Assembly: GCF_022539665.2 (NCBI RefSeq)
Contig: NC_081333.1
Span: 3,410,001 to 3,474,000 of the forward strand
Length of the DNA: 64,000 nt
Origin: Daphnia carinata
Lineage: Eukaryota
Direction of reading: 5' to 3'
The translations under genes and the position numbers were made by a program. Positions 15,536-28,216 of this stretch are shown here, in pieces. The notes below the pieces were generated by a model that was not told the DNA's origin, ran no database searches, and saw nothing but the letters and a program-made list of their open reading frames with translations. Position 1 is the first letter of the stretch; every line of letters starts with the position of its first letter.

Positions 15536-17710
15536 TCAATTACGACGCACAGACTTCTCGGGTTTGCTAGAAAATAAATATGCATACGTAAATATTTAAT
15601 AACAAAATAAAACAAAACGTTAGGTATGAAAATAATGCCACTTACTGTGTTTCACTAGAGGGACCTCCTTTCCGTTTATGCAAAATAGATTGGATCTTTT
15701 GCCATTCACGATCCAGTTCGGCCTTTTCCGTTTTGTCTGTCTTGACAATAGTTTTGTTACGAGTTTTACGTCCATCAGCCATTTTGATTCCGTACTGATA
15801 AGCAGCTTTAGGCAGAGCTTCTTTTTTATTCATGTAATCACCATATTCTTCAGCTGTGTCGAAATCCCATCGACCAACTGGCCCTTTTTTGTTTCCCTAG
15901 TAAAGACCAAAACATCCTTTTAACCTAATCGCTTTCGAAAAAATGTATAAATATATTTCTTACCAAATCCATTTTTGAATAATCAGCTTCGTCGTCGGAA
16001 TCTTCTAGAGCGTCATTCATTTCCTCGAAACCAGGATAGCATTCTGCATATCCTTCAGGTTCCGCTGACAGTTTCGATAGCATCTTATCTGCTTTCTTGG
16101 CAATACCTCCTTCTCGTTTCTGGCAAAAAATTAATAGCAAACGTAAAACGAGATATTTAAACTTCAATCATGTTTTTCAAGTTACATCAGCCGCTCCAGG
16201 TTTCAGAAGGGCACCCAGGGTCCGTTCTGCTTCTAAGACAGCAGCACTTTTCGTTGCATCCTTTGTCTTGTCTCGATCAAGATCTCCTTCGATATCTTTC
16301 CGGGATTTGTCCTCAAAGTAGTCACGTTTATCTCCTCGCCGTTCTTTGTCTCTTGACTTACTAGACGAAGATTTTTCCCTGGTAGGCGCCACGTACGTCC
16401 CGATGTTGCTATAAATATTGTCTTCTACTACTGCCGATTTGTTGACCTTAAGGCCAGGAATAATTTGTGGTGGTGGCATATCTTTGCTTTCTTTTGTTTT
16501 CTTGATCTTTTTGCCAGCTTTGCCTTGTCGGAGATAGGATAGAATTTGTGTGAGCTTGTTAATCACAATGTCATTCGTCGAAAGGGTAGCCAAGGATTCT
16601 AGTCCAGGACAATCGGCTTTGCTTCGCAAAACGGTAGTGGGAATGTCAGACTCAGCGTTCTCATCTTCTAACTCGATAAGATACGCCATTCGACCAGGAA
16701 GAAAATGTTCATTGCGTTCAGGTGGCTTCGATTTGAATACAGCCCTATAGCACCGAAATCATAAATCCAAGCGTTTAGACGATATGCTTTTCGAAGATAA
16801 ATTATTTATACCTGAATATGTTTTTCCCAATTATTGTTTTAAACTGGATTTCATCTTCCCCTTCCTTCTTTTTCTCGACTTCCTTTTCACCTTTCTCACC
16901 TTCCACAGCTTGTTCCAACTGTTCATCATCCTCCTCTTCTAGCTGTTCGATTTCACTACGCACTTTTTGCAGTAAGGCGTAATCGAGACCTTTCACCAAG
17001 TGAGTGTGTTCCATGTCACCACCCAAAAACTTTGATTCTTGAATCATTTGTTTCCTTCTCTCTGCAGCATCCATTGTTCTGAACAGACAAATGCAGTGGT
17101 TATTTGATTTTAATTGCTTTATGAAAACCTGGTTGCCCTACGATTTTATATCTGGTGCAACTGCGCGGTATGCTCCAAGTGTGGCTAAGGCGTCAGGTCC
17201 AGATGTTTCGCCTCCATCGCGCCTTTCTTTGGCACGGTCGCGATATTTCTTGGCAAGTTCAGCAAGGATTTCTTCCTCCTCTTTTTTCTCTTTCAAGTAT
17301 TCACTAACAACATTTAAGAGCTTTTGGTACTAATCATACATATTTGTAAAAATTTAAGGATACCTTTTCTTTGCTCTTTTCTGGTCACTTTTTCCATGAG
17401 ATGTTTTCCGAACACTTGAACTTTCACATCTAACAGAACCCATGCCCAAGTTACTTGAAGCACCTGACAATCCTGATCCAAATCCAGCCCGTGGTGTCAT
17501 CATCAGCTTTCTGAAATCATCATTGGTCAACCTGGAGGATCTGTAATTGAAACCAATACATGCATTATACAAGATCTATTGGGCGAAGCTATTCGGGAAT
17601 AATCTCTTACGCTTCCCCCGGACCCGAATCCTGTCCATCTCCTGAAACGACAGACATGTTTGTAAAATGTTTTTAAATAAGACATAGTTAATGAACTTAC
17701 TTTCAGGCAT
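15536..17710 (-). CDS. IK: Protein Red / IK (spliceosomal B-complex factor), multi-exon
   Basis: RLTNDDFRKLMMTPR, LAKKYRDRAKERR, IQESKFLGGDMEHTHLVKGLDYALLQKVR, RNEHFLPGRMAY, DIPTTVLRSKADCP, YAECYPG and KEALPKAAYQYGIKMADGRKTR. The first exon is 10 nt; the last exon is KPEKSVRRN*. Confidence 0.95.
17304..17363 (-). other. U12-type (minor) GT-AG intron in IK
   Basis: The donor is GTATCCTT. A branch-like TCTTAAAT lies about 10 nt before the AG, and there is no polypyrimidine tract. Splicing restores KKS-EYLKE in frame. Confidence 0.8.
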
Positions 17711-18054
17711 TCTAGCTGACCAACAAAATATTATAATGTAGCCAAATAAACTTTTGTAGATAAAAGAATGTTTGCTGACAAGCTCTGAACTAAAATGCAA
17801 CAACAGCACTTACGTCGTCTGCTAGACAACTAAGCAACTAAACAATAAACGAAAGTTGTGCCACGTCACCAAATGTTAGGAAAAGAGCTGAAAATGCAGG
17901 AAAAATGAATTTCCGAGCGTTTGCCAGTGTATTATTGACATCAGCGGTTTCTTTGTCATTGGAATTCAACAAAAACAGAAAAATTAAACCAAACCATGTA
18001 TTATTCAAATTCTTCTACTTTTAAAGTAGATTATCTTCACACTGAAACGTGTCT

Positions 18055-21000
18055 TCACATTTGCGGCTGACTTTTACTTAGGGCCTCTAGATTGGGGAGT
18101 CGGCAATGACCAACTTCTCCGTTCAGCGATCCACCAACAATCTAAAATAAACACCAAAATTTACAGAACAAATTAAACTTGTAAACCAAGAAAAAGAAAC
18201 AACGCAAAAATATTACCCTTTCCCCAAAGACCTTCATACATGTGAGAGTTTTCAGAACATGTCCTGGCAAGGCAAAAAGACGGGAAGGTGTTTTCTGTGG
18301 TTTCTGCGTAGTATCTAGAACACGAATGACTCCATCCATGCAGCCTAAGACAAGGTATCGTTTGCCATCGTAGAACGAGCCCACGGCAGCAGAAGGCACT
18401 TAACAGAAAGGAAAAGTAGATTAAGTACGTCTAATAAACCAATAGATGTTAAAAGTGGAACTTACGTGTATCCGTTTGACAAAGAGGCTTATCGCTATTT
18501 GTATCAAATTTGAACACCTTTTTGTTGGCGTCACAACAGAATATAAGATTTGCAGCAGTCGAAATGGAGTAAAAGGAACTGCTGGGAATGTTGGAAGTAA
18601 GTGTGAAGAGTGCTTCTTCCGTTTCCAGATCATAGATTACAGGATCCATTCGCCTTGCTGCCACGATAATTGCCCTTTTTCCACGAACGGCTAATATCTT
18701 CATGGAAATTACTTCGGCATTTGCCTGAGCATTACAAAATGATAAAATCTTTGCAATTAGAAAATGTTTAAATCGATTACCCTTACTTTGAACTTGTTTG
18801 TTCTCAGCGCGTTGAGTTTGGGACTGTAGGTGTAGACAGTTCCTTCGGTAGTACCAACATAGAGCTTCGATTGCAGTTTGTGACCAACAACACACGTCAA
18901 CGGAAATTCGCAAAATTTCTCGTGAAGTAGGGCACCACTGTCCAGAGAAAATTGTCGTATGTGGGCATCTTCGCTACCCGTGATCAACGTCAGATGATTA
19001 AGATACTCTGTCGTGTATTTGATGGTTTTCAGCACTTCACTTGGTGTGCTCAATGAGGCCGCATACAACCATGTGACTGGCTTTGTGTGGCCCAGTATCC
19101 GCATTGATAACGAATTCGTCAAAAGGTCGTAGATGTGCACCGTCCCGTCTTCTGAAGCTGTGAACGCGCAGGGGCCGCAAATAAACACACATCTTACGGA
19201 CGATTGATGCGATCGTAATAAAACAAAATTGCATGAATCTGACGAGGACGCTGCGTTGAGAGACGGCTGAGGTACGACCTCGGCAGGCACAGGGCAACTT
19301 GCCGCTTTTTCTGTAGGGACTGGAGGGGTTGGAGCAAGATCGTTCACTTGATTGGATCCAGCTGGTCGAGGAGTTTTAGTACTCGTTCCAGCGCTTTGGG
19401 TATTAACAGGAGCAGGCTTTGGTGTAGTATTTTTCTGGTTAGTAGAATCTTCACGCCGTGAATAGGTGCGAACAGCTTCAGCGGGACGCGAGGTAGTGAT
19501 ATAGGTTTCTTTGTCCACTGTTTGACAAGTGTTAGGTGCACTTTTGTCTGTAACAGTTTTTTCATGAACGCTCATTGTCTTTTTCGGCTCCACTGCTTTA
19601 ACAGCAGACGAAGATATCTTGTGAGATTTTGTCGTAGATGATTCATTTGATGAGGTTTGAGACTCTGTGGCAACCGATGTATCGGATGTTGTTGCCTTTT
19701 TTGATTGACCGCCATGGGCGAGTGGCGACGCTGCTTTTTTTTCATAATTAGGGTCTACTGGTTGCGCAATAACGGCCGAAATAGACGAGGAAATCTGGTT
19801 AATTTGACCAACAGACATAGTCTGTAATGGACCTGAAGTATTGTTTGACTGGATAGGATGTATAAGAAGCGAGTTTCCCGGTAACTGATCCGGCTTCTCA
19901 ACAGCTTGGGCACCGGTAACAATTCGTGCCGGAGAATTAGTCGGTGTGCCCTTTTTCTTCGGTTGTTTTGAATCATCACCGGCTATCCTTTTTCGTTTGT
20001 TTCCTATCGAAGTAATGGCACTAACTGGAGGAGCTGGATCTATTGGAACAGCAAGTTCCACGTCACCTAGATTCACCTGCACCCCATTCTCCTCCAGCTG
20101 ATGCATTAGACTCAGTAACTGAATGGAGGCTACAGCAGGAGTTGTCTGGACGGTTAATGTGTCATCATTGGTTGCCTTGTCTTCCACAACCTTGTCTTTA
20201 GCTATTTCCGTGGCGGGAGGTACCTGAAGAAAATAATAAACTATAATTGTTTAATGTCAATAAAAAAGCAAACCAAATGTTACCTTAATCGTCGTTTTGA
20301 CAGATTCTAATGGCACAGATGAGCTGTCATCGTCGAAAGTATTTGAACACATAGCCGAACGTAAAAGATCAAATTGTTTTTGTTTGAGGGCAAGCACCTT
20401 ATCAGTTAGAGCTTTACGTTCCAACTGGAGTTCTTCAATTGTTCGATCAATCAAAGCGATTCTGTTTTTGCCTTCTTGTTCCTCTGCTTGCAAATCTATC
20501 AAGAGAAAGTTAAGAGCGCTTTTCGTCCTACCAGATTGAGGTCCTTTTTCTAAGGATTCAGCTCGCTCCAGTGCCGACGCCACCCTTTCCGTTGTGTCTG
20601 ATTCCCCAGCTTCTGCTGGATTTTCTGAGGTACTCTGCGCTTGTCTCCAATGGATCATTAACTCAGCATTCGTTTTCACAGGAGATGTTGTTGGTGATTT
20701 TTGCTTACTTTTTTTTGTTTTTTCAAATTTTGTTTTTCTTGACCACCCGTTTTCTTCAGTTCTCGCCTTTCCTTCCTCTTTTTGTTTTTGCCTGGCTTCT
20801 CTAGGAAACTTTTCTTTCCCGCCGAAACGGTAGTAGTAATACACGGAGGAGTACTGGTGGAGGCTGAGCTTGGCTTGTTTTGAGTTGACTGTGGCTGCAC
20901 TGGTGCAGTCATGACAGAAGGTGGGCTACAGCGAGAGGCAGGGGATGCACTTACTGGCACGGGGCAAGGCGCTTGACTCACTGTAGCGGTTTCTGTTACA

Positions 21001-22750
21001 GCACTTGTTTGCTCCGGTACTGCCGATACAGGGGCAACTTCTGTAGATGCTACAGCTGGCTTTGAAGACACCATAAGAGGAGAAGCGGGGTTACCGTCTG
21101 CCCAAGCTATGTTATTATTACTCCGATTGCTAGGACTTTCAACCCGACCGATCATCGGTGATTTTAACTCTTGTTGGAGAGCGGTGGGCTTTTCGGCAGG
21201 TAACCGTTTAAGGGAAGATGGCGAAGCATCTGGTGACTTATCATCCAGATCCAAGTCTATGCACAAGGGGGGCTCCTTTGGTGGTGGTTCTAAGACTTGA
21301 ATGTCTTCATCTTCAGAATCTGGTCTTTTCGACGTTGATGCGGGCGTAACAGATTCTTCGTCATCTCGTGAAAGTAATTCCTTAAATTCGTCAACAAGTT
21401 CTTCTGACAGTATGACATTTGTTTCCGTCCTCGACGAAAATTCCAATTCGTTTGAGCTCAGTCGAAAACGTAATGATGATAACTGCCGAGCTCTGGCAGT
21501 TTGGTTTTCCTGTACTAGGTGATTAAGCATATATTGCGAGATAATGGCCCGCGGCTGTTCCACCAATTGCCTTCGCTGATGATTGTCCATAGATCTGATG
21601 TACTTATTTAACTGATCCTTGGGGATGGTAGTCAACGGCTCATTTTCCTGTGTCGGTACATCACTACTTGAGATCGTAGCTGCGCTAGCAACCCTGGGCG
21701 TCTAAAACAAAGAATATAAAGTTAGTTTCAAACTAAATTTACATATATCTTTCCCCCCTATAATTATTGTACAAAAGTAAAAAGAAGCACTCTTACCTGG
21801 TCTATCACCTGGCTACTTGTATTCTGAATGAAGCCAATGCCTTCTAGCGGGTTGCTAGATGCATCGTTGTTCACTGTTGAATTTGATGTTGAGCTTGATT
21901 GCGATGTGCGTCGATGACAGCTTGCCGGGAGTCTGATCGTATGCCGTGTAGTTGGAGAAGATAAAGTTTCCATGGTTGGTACACGAGACTCCCGCACTTT
22001 TTGGGGTGACGATGGTAAAAGAGGTTCGGCCGCTGTAGACGAAGTTATCTTCGGAGGGACCTGATCTTTTGCTGCAGCAAACTTTTCAAGGGAAGCCTTT
22101 ACTTTATTCCTCAAATCGTCATTAGGAGGCATGAAGCTGGCTGATTTTACAGGTACACTTTGCTTCTCAGCTATGGACACTGGGACTCTAGGATTTTGCT
22201 TACTGCTATCTTGTTGTGATTCACTACTTGGTATTCTACTCCTACCAGCAGCAGATCTGTCAGTGACTTTGCTTCTCACACTCTGAACATTTTGCTTGTC
22301 TTTCGCAGAGATTGACTGTTTGTTGTGTGAAGATGAAGATTCACGGGGGGTTACTAGATCTCTTGATCCGCTGTGGCTGCCACTAGTTAATTCATTTAGT
22401 GGTGTGTGGTTCAAATGTGCCAAGCTACGTTCTGCAAAATGGTTAGGTGGATTAAATGAATTTGGAAACCTGTGTTGGACCGGCTCAAAAGCTCCTGTTC
22501 TTGAATGGCGATCTTCACTGAAGTAACCTCCTTGATACTGAGTTGATGGCCAGACCTGATGCAAATTAGAACTATGTTGCCAGGCATTATAACTTGTTGT
22601 TGGACGAAAATTCCAGTTATCCCAGCCTCCCAAACTTCTAAGATCTGGGATAGATGTATTTTGATTGTAATAAGACTGTTGGCGTTCAGGCCATCTTGGG
22701 TCACCACCAGACCTACTGGTCGTTACTTTGCGCCCACGAGAACCTGACAT
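18055..22750 (-). CDS. Large low-complexity protein with coiled coil and C-terminal WD40 repeats, ZNF106-like
   Basis: Long S/P/T-rich exons are followed by a coiled coil (LIDLQAEEQEGKNRIALIDRTIEELQLERKAL) and WD40s (SHQSSVRCV...AFTASEDGTVHIYDL...GHTKPV...LITGSEDAHIRQF...LYVGTTEGTV). The architecture resembles ZNF106. The start is uncertain. Confidence 0.65.
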
Positions 22751-23333
22751 AACGTCTCTCTGTTCAGCATCCTGTAGGGAAGATATCGTAAACATACATT
22801 GTTATTAACACGTTGTTTCTTTACACTTATCGGTAATGTATGTATATTACAGAAATATGGAACGTGGTTTTTTATTCAACTGTCCAGCAGATTTTATATT
22901 TAATAGATTATTTTGTGTTAATAACTTTCAGACGGAAAGAAAATAAACAGAATTCGATGTACAACAGGATGTTCGCGTATTGTAATGTACGGTTTTAGGT
23001 ATTCTTCTGCTCGTCTAAATAAAAAAACCGTTCCTTCTTCCCACCAAAACAAGACGTTGCCAATTAACGATATAAATTTTTCTCATTTCCATATTTTTAT
23101 AGTTTTTCTGTTTTGGCAATCACAATTCCCTGTGAGTTTTATTTATTTCCCTTCAATAACAACAGTTCAGCGCCCAGCAAAATAAAAACACTTGGATGAC
23201 CTTTCTACTCATTTTTCATTTACAGCATGCATTGTTGTCTCGCGGAAATTCAGCATACAAAATTATACATGAAGAGACAAAAACGTACAAAAACGTAAAT
23301 CATTCTTTTATTGCTACTTAAACGCAGTTTGTA

Positions 23334-25161
23334 TTATTCTGTTCTTGGCCTAAATAATTTCAATTTCTTCATAGTATATCGGAAAAATTTGGGTAGCGGA
23401 GAGTTAATATAGAGCTCTTTCCCTTCTTCACCAAATCCCGGAATAACAATGGAAGATGCATGAAGATGCATCGGAATATTTCTGACTTTTGACTGTTTGA
23501 CGGCTAAAAGATCCAGCATAGTTTGCGGTAGCTTTTGGGGGGCGTACTTATCGTCATGTGAATACTTATGATCACCCAGTATCGGGCAGTTAAGGCCTTC
23601 ACTTAAATGAACTCGCAGTTGATGCCGAACTCCAGTTTCAGGTTCTAGTTCCACGAAAGCGGCGCCTACGGATGACTTTTTCACCTTTACACAAGCGGGC
23701 AATTCTGTAAAGAGAAAAATCTTTCGGAGGAAACTACATGTACATACTTTAAAATGGGTGACCGCGTGAAACGATTTTCCTTTAGCGTTATACTTGCTAC
23801 TTGCTACAGAATCTTTGCTGTGCACTTGAACTGGTCTGAGTGTCATGCGTTGTCTTTCACCCATACTTTTTTCTGTAAGGGGAATACTAATGGTCCCTGA
23901 AGAGAAAAAAAGGTACGCTGAAACTGAGTAACACAGAGAAGTGGCAATACGTACCTTCTCTGATATGAGGAATTCCTTTTGTGATGGTCACATATTTTTT
24001 CTTTATTTGTTGATCGAAAAACAGTTTGTTCAGCTTGTTAGCAACAACTTGATTTGAGGCTAAAAGCAAAACCCCTTAAAGTAACAAGAAAGCAAACTGA
24101 TTGGAAAATTCAAAACACATTTTGGTAGTATTATTACCTGTTGTGTCACGGTCAAGTCTATGGACAGTGTATAGTTTTTCTACGCGCAAAACTCTACTTA
24201 GAGCTGGGAGCAGTTTAGTGAGAACAATTGTTGCATTTCCATCAGCATCTGTCGATACCAATCCGTATGGTTTGTCTAAGGCAACAATCCCATCTATAGG
24301 GAAGCCGTGAAAATGTTAATTCTGTGTGTCCTGAAATTCTCTGATCAAATTACCTTTATTGTAAATTATGGATTTTTTCAACAGGAAAACAATATCGTCA
24401 TTTGGCATTTTATATAAATTAGGAACCATCTCTTCATATATTTTTTTGGTGCTTTTATCATCATTGTTTGCTGAGTCATTAGTTTTACTGTTCAAACTCA
24501 ATGCATTTATGCCTTGTAAGGATTTCAGGTAGGTATAGGCAGACACTTTCCCTAGCGGTGCTTGTGGTGCACTTGTGGCACTTTTCTTTCCAAAATATTG
24601 ATCATCAACTTCATTTTCCTCAAATTCAAGCTCTGAGGCAGATGGTGCATGTAACACTTTAACTGTCTTTTCTGTTTCAGCAGAATAGGGATAAAAATAT
24701 TGCTGATCAACAGGATTTGTGTCAAGCGGAACATTTGATGCTTGAAATTTAGGGTTTTCTTTTGTGAGTTGTGGAGTTTCCTTTGTAGACAATTGGCTTC
24801 CAAAAAACTGATTGTCAATAAAATTTAGCGAATCTGGTTCTTTAGCAGTATCATGATCTTTGTGTTCAATTGGTGGATTATCCAGATCTAACCTTACATG
24901 CCCAAAGCTGGTTATTCTAACAATTTCAGAATCTTCGTTCTTCGATTCCTTTTGTTTCCCAACAACATGGTACTTCAAATCTCTGGTTTGTTTTGCTTGA
25001 TCAACTACTACTGATCCTTCACTGTCCCAGAAAGCATGTTCATTGTTCTGGGAAACTTGAGAATTTGTAAAAAGGGACTGAAGTCTGTAGGCTGAACTTG
25101 CTTTTCTATTCCACCGAATCGGAGCTATGGTAAAGAGAATGCGAGTTGCATTAAGAGCCAT
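23334..25161 (-). CDS. RPUSD4: Mitochondrial RluA-family RNA pseudouridine synthase (RPUSD4-like), multi-exon
   Basis: ALDKPYGL, catalytic HRLDRDTTG, TGVRHQLRVHL...PILGDHKY and PMHLHA; the N-terminus resembles a mitochondrial presequence. Confidence 0.85.
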
Positions 25162-25411
25162 GGTGTGAAAACAAACGAAACTTCCAAACACTCCTTTCAA
25201 TGAGAAATATAATATTACTATTATTATTATTTTCCTTTGAATATAGAATTTTTTTTTAAATTAGATTTATCAGCTGAGGCAGAAATAGTTTCACTATATG
25301 ATAATACGTTTTCCTCCCCCCCCCCCAAAAAAAAGAACTTTTTTCTGTTTTACTGTATCGCCATCTAGCGGCCAGATTTCTAGTTAATTCTCTACATACA
25401 ATCGAACGAAA

Positions 25412-25450
25412 AGTCGGGCTTATTTAGTCGGTCTTATTTAGTCGGGCTTA
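25412..25450. repeat. Short tandem repeat, 14-bp unit AGTCGG(G/T)CTTATTT, about 2.8 copies
   Basis: Read directly from the sequence. Confidence 0.8.
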
Positions 25451-25896
25451 AAAATTTCTTCTGCAAAAACTGACATTCATCGGAATTGGTTGAATATCAC
25501 AGGATACACTCAAAATTGACTACTGATTCTGGGAAAATTGCTATTTTTTCATTAAGTTCATCGTTTTTGAAATACACCAAATATTTCTGCTGCATCGCGC
25601 TAGTGCTGTAGCGTACTAGCGCGCTAGCATTGCGTCAAATATTCGCTACATGCACAAGTTCCTAGCAGACGGAAAAACCAAAAAGAAACAAAATGTAGTG
25701 CCATCTCTTGGACAATATGGCTAGCACTCCGAGAGGGTTACTAGCGTTCTAATAGGCATTGTAGCAATTAGACTTCCGAAATTCGTCGTTAGCTAAGGAA
25801 GTTGCAGTGTTACGTTTGCTAAAAGGAATTAAAATATAACTTCTCTGGTTCTCACTGAAACTTTCGTGTAACCAGTTTGTAGATATATAAAAGATT

Positions 25897-25970
25897 TGTT
25901 CTCATCCAGGTTCGAACTGGAGACCTTCAGTGTGTTAGACTGATGTGATAACCAACTACACCATGAGAAC
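25897..25970 (-). tRNA. tRNA-Val (AAC), copy 1
   Basis: The reverse complement GTTCTCATGGTGTAGTTGGTTATCACATCAGTCT-AAC-ACACTGAAGGTCTCCAGTTCGAACCTGGATGAGAACA folds into a cloverleaf with a 7-bp acceptor stem, a GTTCGA T-loop and a downstream T-run. Confidence 0.95.
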
Positions 25971-26283
25971 ATGGGTTGTTAGCCTTCAATAAAATATAGA
26001 ATCTGCACTTGCGATTTGCCTATCTCCCTGCCTGGCTTATCAATTCCACTGTTGGTATTAGTAAAATATAAAACTGAGTTTATTGCCTTGTACACAAAAA
26101 CTGCAGGTTATTTTAGAAGCAAATAGAAAAAATTGTGTTTTACATTGTAACACTTGAAATGTTATTCAAAAGAAAATATTTTCTTAAGGCCTAAAAAGTT
26201 GGAAGCCTTAAGCCTTATAGATGAAAGATGTAAGTTGACCATTAGAGTTCATCAACTGATTCCGAACGCTCTATGAAAAAAAT

Positions 26284-26357
26284 TGTTCTCATCCAGGTTC
26301 GAACTGGAGACCTTCAGTGTGTTAGACTGATGTGATAACCAACTACACCATGAGAAC
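26284..26357 (-). tRNA. tRNA-Val (AAC), copy 2
   Basis: Identical to copy 1, followed by a T7 terminator. Confidence 0.95.
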
Positions 26358-26606
26358 TTACTTCACACCAACTAATATAACAAGATACGATGACAATATA
26401 AGAAATGTAGTTGCAAACTTGTGAGATCTCTGGCAAAAACATATCCTTTAGACGAACCAACCTTTATCTATGACTAAGCAACACTTTTGTTTCGAATAAA
26501 CAAAAGGCCTTAGTGATATTTATGTGTCTGTCAGAAAAGACGAAACAGTAATTCCTGTCGTAAAAATTGGAACTAAATCCGACTTTTCCTGAAATATGAA
26601 AATGTT

Positions 26607-26680
26607 TGTTCTCATCCAGGTTCGAACTGGAGACCTTCAGTGTGTTAGACTGATGTGATAACCAACTACACCATGAGAAC
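26607..26680 (-). tRNA. tRNA-Val (AAC), copy 3
   Basis: Identical to copy 1. Confidence 0.95.
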
Positions 26681-27493
26681 TGTTGGTTACAAAATCTTCC
26701 ATGAAAGTTGCATATTTAGGAATGGCAAAATGGGCATGCGCAAAAAAGGTGGATATGTTATGACATCACGATACAGTATAATATTACACTATACAGTCTC
26801 GTTCGAACTCCCACCCCTAACTGAAAACGTAACATTTTGCACCTACACAGAGTTTAGACAAATAAGCGATTATCGTTTAAAACAAATATTTCTTCGAAAA
26901 CGCAAAAAAAGGCAGTTCTTAGTGTTGCCAATGATAAAACCCATTCACTAGGACACCAGCTTTGTTTTGTTTGTTGTTGTCTCCATCCCCAGTGCATTTT
27001 AATGTCAAACGAAACAGATAAATGGTGGGTGAGAAAATGTAGTTACACAAGGCTCTTTGACACTTCAAAAGTAAAAAAAACGCGATTCCACTTCATTTGG
27101 CAACCTATGGAATTGTATTCCAAAAAGGAGGGAGTACACTTAGATGGTTCCATAAGTGATAATGGTTAGAGGAACGACGGGGTGTTCCATAATTTAGCTG
27201 GATTATTATATAAATAAACGACCAAGAAATGCCTTTGCAATTGCGAACACCTTGATAAGTAACACGTAAGTTTAAACGAAATTGAATGAGAGAATTGTGG
27301 TAATCATAGACTATTACGGAAAAAAAATGTTTAAAATAGTAATACTTAACCATCAAAGACATGAATCGTCGCTGAGTTCTTGACTACATCGACAGTGTAC
27401 GAAATAAATAGTGAAACTTTATTATTAAATAATATTATTAGATCGGATTTCTGCCTGGTTGGAGGGAATGACATATAAGTCGACGATTCGTCA

Positions 27494-28216
27494 TCAAGGA
27501 TATTTTATGTAACTAATGGAGGCAGCATCTTCCTCGAATGGCTGTCTTTTCTTTTCCATTAGGTGATGGTAGTAACTGAAGACAATCAACCAGTTATACA
27601 AAAAAATGCCTGCACAGAATCAATTAGACCACATTAAATGATTAAATTTGATTCGTCACCAAATCCACTCTGTAATGAACTATACCTGCTCCAATAACCC
27701 AAGCTATTGTAACAACTGCCACTTCGAGACCAGCTAATCCGACCAACATGAAGCCAAAGATGATGACTGCGTGACCTCCAGTTTGAATGACGATCCATCC
27801 AACGTAACCCATTCCACCAAGAATCAAAATGGCGCACATGAAGAGCCAAGGCATTAGAAACGATGCTTTGCTATCCTTTGTGGCAGAGATGAGAACCAGG
27901 ATCGTGCTCAACATGGCTAATGAAACCATCGTGATTAAATCTGTGGAGCCAATAGAATACTTATTCCAGCTCTTAAAGCAATAGCCACCAACGGAAAAAT
28001 ACCTGTAGAGGAAAATAATCCTGTGTACTCTGATATCCCCAAGTACGTCAGCACTAGAATCTCAATTAGCTGTTAAGCAATAGTCGGTAGTAGGTTTAAT
28101 ATGAACGAATGGTGAAATTATTAAATGTGCCTTACCAGATAAACATTGGCGATGACTTTGGTACCCGTTTGCAACGAAAAGGCACAGCAACAAAATCGGT
28201 TCAATTTACAGCACAT
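27494..28216 (-). CDS. Small multi-pass (about 4 TM) membrane protein, LAPTM/DUF4728-like paralog A
   Basis: N-terminus MCCKLNRFCCCAFSLQTGTKVIA, middle FLMPWL, C-terminus YNWLIVFSYYHHL; four exons. Confidence 0.7.

Noticed and set aside
25897..26680. Regularly spaced identical repeats suggesting a CRISPR-like array
   Set aside because: The repeats are tRNA genes in a eukaryotic context.
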